From NCBI RefSeq assembly GCF_009914755.1, contig NC_060927.1: DNA of 64,000 nucleotides, one strand, 5' to 3'. This document shows, piece by piece, positions 45,111 through 56,841 of the stretch (position 1 is its first letter; every line of letters starts with the position of its first letter). The stretch comes from the human T2T-CHM13v2.0 reference genome, Homo sapiens. A program made the translations under genes and the position numbers. Under the pieces are notes generated by a model, which was not told the DNA's origin, did not search any database, and was given only the letters and a program-made list of their open reading frames with translations.

Positions 45111-48100
45111 TCTTGTTATCTTTGAACATTTTCTTTTCTTTTGTTACACAGATGTTCTTCATTTTTATGTAGTCACAGTTTTTTTTTTTCTTCTTCTTTA
45201 GGTTTCATGGCTTGTGTAAAATGTTTTACTTCTGGGTTTCATTTCTTAAAAAAGCCTTCCACATCTGCTAGGTGCTGACAAATCAAATCCTCCATCTAAC
45301 TATAGCCACCATGTGGAACCTGTGGCTATGTTTATGACCCCAGCAGCTTCTGCTCCAGGTAAGCAGATCTTGGCTATGAGTCTCTGGATGTACTTGTCTC
45401 TCTAGATTTCAGGGCAGTTATTTGCCCTGCTACCTCAGCCTCTGAAGGGTCCAATTAAAGTCATGGATTTTCAGTTTGTTCAGCTTTTCTTATTGTAAGA
45501 TGGGAGATAGGACTTCCAATCTTTCTATATAGCAGAGGTGAAACTAGAAGATTTTTACTGTAAATTATTTCTATTTAGGTGCTGAATGGTTTTATATAAA
45601 TGCAAACAGGTCATGAGGGGTGGCATATCAGTAATTAACTTTGGATATGTAAAGTTTGAAAAAGCTTTTGGATACACTAAGGAAAGATATCAAGTAAGTG
45701 ATTAAAGTGATTTAATATACATATGTGTGTGTGTGTGTGTCTGTGTGTATATATCTACACGTGGGTGCATGTGTGTGTGACAAAGAGTCAGGGAAGGGGT
45801 TTGGGCTGGAGATAAAATTTTCTTTTCTTGTTTTTGATGTATTTTTTTTTTAACCTGGCAAGAATGAGAATTTGAAAAAATTTCTGAGTTCACATAAGTA
45901 TGGTATTTATTATCTCTGGCAGTTTCCTAACATATTCAGCTAAAGTCCTTAGCACAGCCTGTAAGAGTCTAAATGATTTGGTAGATACTATTACCCTGAC
46001 CTCCACTTCTACCCTTATCCCCTTGTTCACTGAGTTTAAGTCACACTGACCTCTTTGCACTTTCATCAGTAAACAAGGTTTGCTCCTGCCCTTATAGCTT
46101 TTGCCCTTACTTTTTCCTCTGCCTGTAACAGTTTCCCTCTGCCTATAACAATTTTCCCATAACAATCTTCCTTTACTTTCTTTAGGACTCAAAAATCATC
46201 TACTCAATAATACCTTACCGAAAATCGATCCTAAAATGCAACCACCTGTCTTGACACCTCATATTCCTCTTCTCCTTAGCATGTATCACTATGTTGCATT
46301 CTCTATCTGAAATATGTTGCTTATCTCCTATTTCTTCCATGAGATTGTAAGCTCCATAGGGAAGGAAACTTTTCCTGTTTGCTTCACCATATACTCAGTT
46401 TTAGGTCTATATTATAAAGGTAAAAAGAAATAAGCAAAAGTAATTTTAATAATATACTGTATTTAACCAATTATAATGTCATTATTTCAACATGTAATCA
46501 CTACAAAATTATTAATGAGATAATTTACATTAATTTTTGTGTCTTAAGTCTTCAAAGTCTGTGGTGCACTTACATTACCAGCACATCTTCATTTGGATAA
46601 GGCACATTTCAAGTGCTCAATAACACAAGTGGCTTGTATAGTAGAGGCTACTGTATTAGACAGGGCTATGTACCATGTTAGGATTGGGAAACTTCTTAGG
46701 AGAAGTGGGATATTACTGAAGGATTTTAATTGGAGTTTAGGAGTGACATGATTACTTTTGCACAAACACAAATCACTGTGGCAGTGGAGTGGAGAACGAA
46801 TTGGAGGGAATGAAGAGTTTATTTTATTTAGAGAAATTAGGAGGTTAAGAGACAGATTTGCTGAAAGACAACCATAGGCACTTGAACTAGGGTGCTGGCA
46901 GTAGGGAAAGATAGAAAAGAGAAGTATCAGACATTTAGCCAGTAAATTCCAGGAGGCTTGACAATAATTGGATTCAAAATAGGCAAATCAACTTTATAAG
47001 TCAGCTAATAATTTGATCGTAATAATCATTTGTCCCTGAAAAGTCAGAGAACAGGTTTTATTGAAATATTATTTTGAAGAATGTCACCTTTATTTCCAGA
47101 TATGTGGAAATTGTGGAGTTTTGGGAACATGTTGGCTATGGAGAACTTTAGTTTCTAACGGCCAAATGTAAATGGCCGCAGTTGCCAGCACATGCAGAAT
47201 AAGAAGACCCCAGCTCATGTTCCCCAACACAAACAATGGTTTGGCAGCTGTTCATGAACAAAACTGCCTTTGTGGGAGCTTTGGGATCCAGATAAGAGGT
47301 CACAAAACCCTGGCAAAGCTCAAGACTGAGGAGAGGTGCTCTGAGAAGGCAGGTACATGCCCCAGTGGCAGGCTCACTGAGCATGATTCCAGCTATAGAC
47401 CCAAAGCAGCCCCGTCCCCCCATGGATGTGGCTCTAGCCCTGCTTGGCTGCAGTGCTGTAACTAGCCCTATCCAGCAAAAGACCTGGGAGGAGCCATACC
47501 AATCTATGCCTCTGGTAACAGGCCTACTGGCCACAGACCGGACTGTGGACCCTGAAATGGCCCTGTGACTTGGCTTCAACCCTGCTCTGCCACCAGTCTG
47601 GAGTCAGTGCTGCATTCAAAGGGATCTTGTGAAACACACATTGTCATGCCCCAGGTTATAGATCCACCAACCTTGGTCCCTACTGTGGCTCTTGAAGAGT
47701 CCCTGTGACCCAGCTCCTGTCCTGCTCTCAGTCCTGCCCACCCAAAGACCAAGTAATGTCTGTCCATGCCCCTGGTAGCAGGCCTGCTGCCCTCAGTCCC
47801 TGCTGTGGACCCTAAGTCAGTCCTGGCTATAGACCCTGAAGCAGCCCTGAGACTCAGTTCCAGCCTCCTTCTGTCATGGTTTCAGAGTAATCTTGCCTGC
47901 TTGAAGAATTGGTGGCATACATGCCCCTCATGGTAGGCCCACTGACCTTGAGCCTGACTGTAAACCTTGCTGCAGTCCTGTGAGCTGGCTCCAGCACTGC
48001 TCTACCACAGTATTGGGGGAAGTCCTTCCTGCTTAGAGACCTAAACAGGGCCCTGACAGGAGTCTGTTCTGTTAGGGACCTGGTGGAGCCACATGCTTAG

Positions 48101-49784
48101 CAGGTATTCTCTGGCTGCAGACCCACTGTCTGCAGACTCAATTGCACAAACAGAAGCAGCCCCATGACCAGGCTCTAGCCTTGTTCAACTGTGGTTCTGG
48201 AGGTGGTTCCATCAATCTGGGGATCTGGCAGGAATCATGCTTGCCCACACCCCTGGTAACAGGACTGTCAACTGTGGAACCAACTACAGACCAGGCCACA
48301 GCCATGTGACCTAGCTCTAGCCCCACTTGACTCTGACCCAAGAAGCAGTTCTGTCAGTCTGAGAATGAGGCAGGAGAAGGTCTTTACCTGCTGAAAGCAG
48401 TCTATAAAAACAGGAAGAGGTGTTTGCTCCTCAAGTGAGCAGATACCAATATGAAGCTATATGAATCATGAAGAACCAGGCAAACATGACACTACTGAAG
48501 GAAATTAATAAAGCTCTAGTAACCAAGTACCAAAAAGTATAGATCTATGAATTTCTTGACAACAAATTGAAAATAATTGTCTTACGGAAGCACAGTGAGC
48601 TACAAGCTCAATAGACAGCTAAATCAATATCTCAGGAAAACAGTACATGAACAAAATGAGAGGTTTAACAAAGGTTTAGAAATCATACCTCTCATTTTGT
48701 TCATGTACAGGGCCCAGAGGCAGGCCATTTGAAATTATCCAGCCACAGGAGAAAAAAGACAAAAAATAAATAAATAAATAAATAAAAAAGAATGAGAAAG
48801 GCTACAGAATTGATGAGGCACCTTCAAGCTAGTCTGCATGTACATTATGTAAGTCTCCAAAGGAAAAGTGAAAGAGAAAGGAGCAAAAAGCTTATCTAAA
48901 GAAGAAATGACTGAAAACTCCCCAAATTTGGGGAAGAAAATAAACATCCCCATTTAAGAAATTATGAACTTCATATAGGTTGAAAATAAAAAGGCCTATG
49001 CTGAAACACATCACATTATAATTAAATTGTCATAAGTCAAAAATAGAGAATTTTGAGAGCAGCAAGAACAAAATGACATGGCAGAAACCATGCTTGCCCA
49101 TACTCCTGGTAACAGGACTGCAGACTGTGGAACCAACTGCAGACCAGGCCATAGCCATGTGACCCACTTCTAGCCCCACTTGACTATGATCCAAGAGGCA
49201 GTCCCATTAGTCTGAGAATGAGGCAAGAGAAGGTCTTTACCTGCTGAAAGCAGTCCATAAAAATAAGAAGAGGTTTTATACACATAAATAGAAACTTCTA
49301 TAGGACTATCAGCAGATCTCTCAGCAAAAACCTCGCAGGCCAGGAGAAAGTGGGATAGATAACATATTGAAAATACTGAAAAAAAAACAAACCCTGCTAA
49401 TCAAGAATACTATACTCAGCAAAACTATCCTTTCAAAATGAAGGAGAAAGTCGTTTACAGACAAAGAAAAACTGAGGGAGTTCATCACCATCAGAACTGC
49501 CTTACAAGAAATGCTCAGGGGGTTCTTCAAATTGAAATAAAAACATACTAAAGAGCAATGTGAAAGCATAAATGTGACTAGTAAAGGTTAATATATATAC
49601 AAATACAGAACAATGCAACAATGTAATGGTGGAACATAAATTACTTTTAACATAAACATAAAAGTTACAAGACAAAAATACTAGGAATAACTGTGGCCAC
49701 AAAAATTTGTTAATGGATACACGCTATATAAAGAGTCAAACTGACTTTAAGAACACCAAAAGTGTGGAGTAAAAATGTAAAGCC

Positions 49785-50080
49785 TTTTTTTTTTTTTTTT
49801 GAGACCGAGTCTCGCTCTGTCGCCCAGGCTGGAGTGCAGTGACACGAACTTGGCTCACTGCAAGCTCCGCCTTCCGGGTTCACGCCATTCTCCTGCCTCA
49901 ACCTCCCTAGCTGGGACTACAGGCGCCTGCCACCATGCCCGGCTAATTTTTTATATTTTTTAGTAGAGACGGGATTTCACTGTGTTAGCCAGGATGGTCT
50001 TGATCTCCTGACCTCGTGATCCACCCGCCTCGGCCTCCCAAAAGTGCTGGAATTACAGGCGTGAGCCACTGCGCCCTGCC
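49785..50080 (-). mobile_element. AluY inserted in L1MA
   Basis: caagctccgcc, gggttcacgccattctc diagnostics; TSD aaaaatgtaaagcc(ttt). Confidence 0.95.
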
Positions 50081-50084
50081 AAAA

Positions 50085-50406
50085 ATGTAAAGCCTTTGTA
50101 TGCAATTCAAGTTAAATTACCAACTTAAGATAAAAAGTCATAATTACAAGATACTTTATACAAGTCTCAAGGTAGCCACAAAAACCCTGATATGTATCTA
50201 TATATATATCTGATATATATATACCTGATATCTATCCATCTATCCATATCTGATATATATATATATACCTGATATATATCTATCTATATATAGATATATA
50301 TCAGGGTTTTTGTGGCTACCATGAGACTTGTATAAAGTATCTTGTAATTATTACTTTTTATCTTAAGTTGGTAATTTAACTTGTATTGCATACAAAGGCT
50401 TTACAT
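50085..50406. repeat. Long inverted repeat, ~120-bp arms with a TA-rich spacer
   Basis: 50085-~50206 is the reverse complement of ~50285-50406, with 4 mismatches by eye. Confidence 0.95.
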
Positions 50407-53400
50407 ATATGTAAATATATATGATATATATATAGATATCTATATGATATATATATAATACAGAGACAAGAATCAAAGAAATTACTACAGATAGTCATCA
50501 ACTAACAACAAAAGACAATGAGAGAGGAAGACAGGAACAAAACAATAGCAAAGGTGACAGAAAACAACAAAATGTCCATAGTAAGTCCTCATCTGTCAAT
50601 AATTATCTTAAAGGTGAATGAATTAAATTCCCCAATCAAAAGACATAAAGTGTCCAAGTGGATAAAGAAAAAAGAGCTAGTAATATGCTTTCCATAAGAG
50701 ACTCACTTCAGCTTAAAGGACAGACACAGGCTGAAAGTTAGGGAACAGAAAAGATAATCCATACAAATGATAATCAAAAGAAAGCAGAAGTGGTTACACT
50801 TATATCAGAAAAAATAGACTTTAACTCAAAAACTGTCACAAATAATGTAATCATGTAATGATAAAGAGGCAATTCAACAGGAAAACATAAATATTGTAAA
50901 TATACATGCACTTAATATTAGAGCACCTAAATACATAAAGCAAATATTGGCAGATCTGAAGGCAGAAATTGACATCAATACAATAATAGTAGAAGAATTC
51001 AGTATCCCTCTCTCAGTAAATGGATAGAACACCAGACAGAATTAACAAAGAAATTGCTGACTTGAGTAATACTATAGACCAAATAGACCCGAGAAACATA
51101 CAGAACTTTCTACTCGACAGCATACATATACACATTCTTCTCAAGCACACAAGGAACATTCTCCATGATAGATTGCATGTTAGATTACGAAGTAAGTCTT
51201 AACAAATTTAAGAAGATTGAAATCATACCAGGTATTTTTCTGACTACAATGGAATGAAACTACAAATTAATAACAGTAAGAAAATGAAAAATTCACAAAT
51301 ATATGGAAATTAAGTAATACACATTGAGTCAAAGAGGAAAACAAAAATAAATTTTTTAAAAATTCAAGAAAAATGAAAACACAATATACCAAAACTTATG
51401 AGATGTAGTAAAGGCAGTACCAAGAGGGAAGTTTATAAACATAAAAGTTTATAAGAAATATTTTAAATAAACAAATGAATAAAGAAGGAATAGAAAGTCT
51501 GAACAGACCAGTAACAAATAAAGAGATTGAATTAGTAATCAAAAACCCTCCATAAAATAAAAGTCCAGGACCAGGTGGCTTCATGAGTGAATTCTACCAA
51601 ACATTCAAAGAAGAATTAATGCTAATCCATTCTAAGCCCTTTCAAATAATAGAAAAAGGAGAAATGGTTCTAAATTCACTCATGAGGTCAGCATTATCTT
51701 GATACCAAAGCCAGACAAAGACACCACAAGAAAACTACAAGTCAATATCCCTCATGAATACAGACACCAAAATCTTCAATAAAATACTAGCAAACTGAAA
51801 ACAACAGCACATTAAAAGGATCATGCATCATGATCAGGTGGGATTTATTCCTAAGATGAAAGGATAGTTCAATATACACAAACCAATTGATGTGGTATAC
51901 CACTTTAACAAAATAAAGGACAAAAATCTTATGATCATCTCAGTCTATGTAGAAAAAACTTTTGACAAAATTTAACATTCATTCACTATAAAAATCTCTC
52001 AATAAAATAGATATAGAAGGGACTTGTTTCACCACAATAAAGACCAAATATGAAGAAAACCACAGCTAACATTATACTCAATGTTCAAAATTGAAAGCTT
52101 TTCCTCTAAGATCAGAAATAAGACAAGGATGCCCATTCTCTCCACTTCTATTTATCATAGTACTGGAAGTTCTAGCTAGGGTAATTTGACAAGGAAAAAA
52201 AATAAAAGTAATACAAATTCTAAAGGAAGTAGTTAAATTGCCTCTGTTTGAAGATGACATGATCTGACATATAGAAAACCATAAAGACTCCACCAAAAAA
52301 CTGTCAGAACTGATAAACAAATTTAGTAAAGTTGCAGGATGCACAACAGACATACGAAAATCAGTTATGTTTCTATACACAAATAACAAACTATCCAAAA
52401 AGGTAATCTAGAAAACAATTCCATTTATCATAGCATAAAAAATACTTAGAAATAAAATTAACCAAGGAAGCGAAAGATCTGTATCCTAAATCTATAAAAT
52501 ATTGATGGAAGTAATTGAAGAAGCCACAAATAAATGACAAGATATTCCATGTTCATGGATCAGAAAAATTAATATTGTCAAAATGTCCATACCACCTAAA
52601 ATGATTTATAGATTCAGTGCAATCCCTATCAAAATTCCAACGCCATTCTTTAACAGAAATAGAAAAAATAGTGCTTAAATTCATATAGGACCACAAAAGA
52701 CACTGAAGAGCTAAAGCAATCTTGAGAAAGAAGAACAAAGCTGGAGGCATTACACTTTCTGATTTCAAGTAATATTACAAAGATTACAGTAATTAAAGCA
52801 GTATGATAGTGCCATAAAACAGACACATAGACCAATGGAAAGCATAGAGGGCCCAGAAATAAACCCACACTTGTATAGTCAATTAATCTTCAACAAAGGT
52901 GCCAAGAATACACAGTGATGAATGGATATTCTCTCCAATAAATAATGTTAGAGTAACTGAATATCCACATGCAAAGGAATGAAATTGGGCCCTTATATTA
53001 CACCATGCACAAAAATCTACTCAAAATGGATTACAGACATAAGACCTGAAACTATAAAACTACCAGAAGAAAACATAGAGGAAAAGTTCCTTGACATTGG
53101 CCTTGGTAATGATTTTTTTGCCAAAAGTACAGGCAACACATGGACTACATCATACAAAAAAGCTTCTGTATGGTAAAAGAAACAACCAACAAAATGAAAA
53201 GACAACCTATAGAATGGGCAAAAATATTTGCAAATCATATATCCTATAAAGGATTATTATCTAAAATATATAAGGGACCTCAATAGCAAAAACACAAATA
53301 ACCTAATTAAACCATTGGCAAAAAAACTGAATAGATATTTTCCCACGGAAGAAATATAAATGGCCAACAGGTATATAAAAAGATACACAACATCACTAAT

Positions 53401-55381
53401 CATCAGAGAAATACAAATAAACACCACAGTGAGATATAACCTCACAGTTGCGATGATTATTATCAACAAGTTGAAAGGTAACCAGTGTTGGCAAGGCTGT
53501 GGAGAAAAGGGAACCTTTGTACATAGTTGGAGGTACAGCCATTGTGGAAAATGGTATGGATGTACTTCGAAAATTAAAAATAAAACTACCATACAATCCA
53601 TCAATCCCACTGCTGGGTATATATCCAAAGAAAATAAAATTATTGTCTCAAAGAGATATCTGCACTCCCACATTCATGCAGCATTTATTCAAGATATGGA
53701 AACCAATGTAAGTGTCCACTGACGAATGAATGTGCAAAGGAAATGCGACACACACAGGAATATTATTGAGCCTTACAGAAGAAGAAAATCCTGCCATTTG
53801 TGATAACATAAATGAACCCAGGAGACATTATGCTATGGGAAATAGGGCAGGAACAGAAAGATATACACATGTGATCTCACTTATATGTAAAACATAGATA
53901 TGGAGAGTAGAAGACTGAAGTGTAGGAGAAATGGGGAGATATTAGTCAAAGGGGATAAAATTTCAGTTGTAAGATTAATGAGTTCTGGAGATCTAAAGTA
54001 CAGCATGGTTAATAATTATGTATCACATACTTAAAATTTGTCTAGAGAGTAGATCTTAAGTGTTCTTGCCATGCACACTCATACACACAAAATGGTTACT
54101 ATGTGAGGTAATGGGTATGTTAATTAGATTGATTATGACAATCATTTCACAATGTATACATATATCAAAACATCACAATGTATACCTTAAATATATACAA
54201 TATTTATTTGTAAATCGTACTTCAACAATTCTGGAAAAAATAAAATAAAACAAATCTAAATGGCCACATGATGGTGCCAAAACCTTGGTTAGTTAATATA
54301 TCTTTTCTGTGGCGCTTGCACATTCCCTTTTCTACAGAAATGTTTCTACCTTGTCTTAGTTATTTTACTTAAAGAAGGAATCAATTAAGCATAAATGAAT
54401 TTGTGTGTATGTTTGCACAGTAACCGTCTATTTCTAACAATGTTCTCAAGTCAACTGGTAGCCCTTACTTCACTCTCATTATTTTATACTTTTACTTGTA
54501 AAATTGGAGTTTTGTAAACCCAGTGTAGCACATTCTCGGAATGGTGCAGAAGGGGGATACAATTCTATATTAATTTATCTAGGAATGAGACCAGTAGGAC
54601 TTCAATATAATAGCATTCTCTTTTTGGGAGGCATGAAGAAATTTTTCTATAGCACTTTTGGAAAATATACCAAGCTTCAATAAGAGATATTTATAAAGCA
54701 GGTGAACCAGACACCCAGATATGACATTTAACATGACTAGGTAGAGGTAGTTCTGTACCCTATGTATTCTTAATTAATCCTACGTATCCCAGGATCCTTA
54801 ACTAATCCTGAAGGTATGGATTAATGAAAATCCAAACCACATGGTCAGATTTGCTCATCTTTTTCCCCAAATTATCTTGCCAGTTATTGAATATACACCA
54901 TGGAGTGGAGAAATTAGTAAATATTAGAGATGTAATTTTTAGCACCTCTTGGAGACTAAAGTAAGGATCATTTACTCACTTAACAAACATTCTCTGAGTG
55001 TTTACTATAGGATAAGGACTATGAATTTAAGATTGGCAAATTACTTTTAATGCCATAAACTACCACCTTCTAGAACTGTATATGCCATAAGTACTCAAAG
55101 TGACAAGGATCACCAAACATAAAAACTTAAGTGCTATCAGGGTCTAGAATCATAAGTCTCACCCAGTCTTAAGAAGCCTCTACCATGTGTTGGTTCTGCA
55201 AGGTGCCAGAAAACAGCAAAATCTGGAAACATGTGTGCCATTACATTGTTATTAAGTGCCATGAAATATCAAGATATGACTAGTGCCACTGACATCTAGA
55301 ACAAGCTCTTCTAGTTTCTACACCAGATGTCAGCAAACTATATCTTGCAGGCATAATATCTTCTTTTTAAAATGAAGGTTT

Positions 55382-55678
55382 GGCCAGGCATGGTGGATCA
55401 TGATTGTAATCCCAGCACTTTGGAAGCCTGAGGGGGGAGGGTCACTTGAGGCCAGAAGTTTGACACTAGCCTGGATAGACAACATGGGGACACCCCATCT
55501 CTACAAAAATTAAAAAATTAGCCAGGCATTGTGGTGCATGCCAGTAGTCCCGGCAACTCAGGAGGCTGAGGCAGGAGAATCACTTAAGCCTGGGAGGTTG
55601 AGGCTGCAAGCCATGATTGTGCCATTGCACTTCATAAGCCTGGGTGGCAAAGTGAGACTTCACCTAGAAAAAAAAAAG
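55382..55678 (+). mobile_element. AluJ element inside a MER58-like transposon
   Basis: Diverged dimeric Alu. Confidence 0.9.
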
Positions 55679-56783
55679 TTTTATTGGAACACAACTAGGA
55701 CCTTTTCATTTACACATTGTCTATAGCAGAGTTAAGTAATTGCAACAGAGATCTTTTGCCTGCAAAGCCTGAAATCTTTCCTATCTAGCTCTTTTAAAAA
55801 AAGTTTGCTGACACATGCTGTAGATTCTCAAATGCCACCCATCTATAAACACGTGTCATTAATTCTTAGAACCAGATTTGCTTCACATGGTTTAAATCAA
55901 AACTATTACTGTGCAACCAACACCCAGAACACAACTGCTTCAATAAGCAGACAAGCAAAAAACCATCTTGGGAGCAGTAATTAAGCACTAGCAAAAGCTC
56001 CTAAGAAAGTTTGTAGACTATATCTTTGTGTTTCATTCAGAATAAGATGATAGAATATAGATTATAGGTTTCTCACATTAAAATTTCCATGTTAATTCTC
56101 AATTAAATTCTCATGTTAATTGTTACTGACCATAATTTTGACTTTTCTTAGGAATACTGTTTTTGAACGAGAAGAAACAAAGAGAAGGAAGCAATATTTT
56201 TTACATATATGAATTCTTCTTGGATATTAGTTCTCAGTTTCAGGAGTGCTGATTTCATTAACCTTGAAATATTGGAGTTTGTATAAAAGGTTATGAATAT
56301 AAATGAACTCAGTGTTAAAACCTGTCAACATCTACTTTAAATAGCAATGTAAACGCTGTTAGAAATAAAAGGCTGTTGTGGCAAGCTTTGTGACTAGGTT
56401 GATGCGAGTGCTAGAAGGCACAAAGATTATGCCATATAATGCTATTCTGTTACTTGCTTAATTTTAAAAATGTGAAGGGAAAAGTTTTATGTCTGGCTTT
56501 GTGTAGCAGGTTAGAGCTGGACCATTGGGGTTCTCAGATACAGAAGGAACAGATTGGCTGGTATCTAAGACTTAGAAGTCAGTCTGAAAACAACATGTTC
56601 TTGAGAGTAAGCAAGAAATCAAAACAATTCATATATTAAATGTTCCACAAGATCCTTGGCTACCATCAAAGATAAACAACAAAAGACATGAACTGGAATG
56701 CAAATGCTATTCAACCGATTGTGTGACACTGGGCAAGATACTTAGCTAATCTAAATCCTGGTTGTTCATGAATAAACTGAAGC

Positions 56784-56841
56784 TCATCATCATCATCATT
56801 ACCTTCATTATCACCACTATCATCATCATTATCATCATCAT
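56784..56841. repeat. Imperfect (CAT)n microsatellite
   Basis: tcatcatcatcatcatt...atcatcatcat. Confidence 0.8.

Larger units (their letters stand above)
47178..54250 (+). mobile_element. Near-full-length ancient L1 (L1MA8/9-like 3' end): repeated 5' UTR, decayed ORF1 (~48480-49530), decayed ORF2 (~50570-53750, with internal deletions), 3' UTR
   Basis: Colinear L1 modules; 15-bp TSD caaat(g/c)taaatggcc at 47163-47177 and 54251-54265. Confidence 0.85.
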
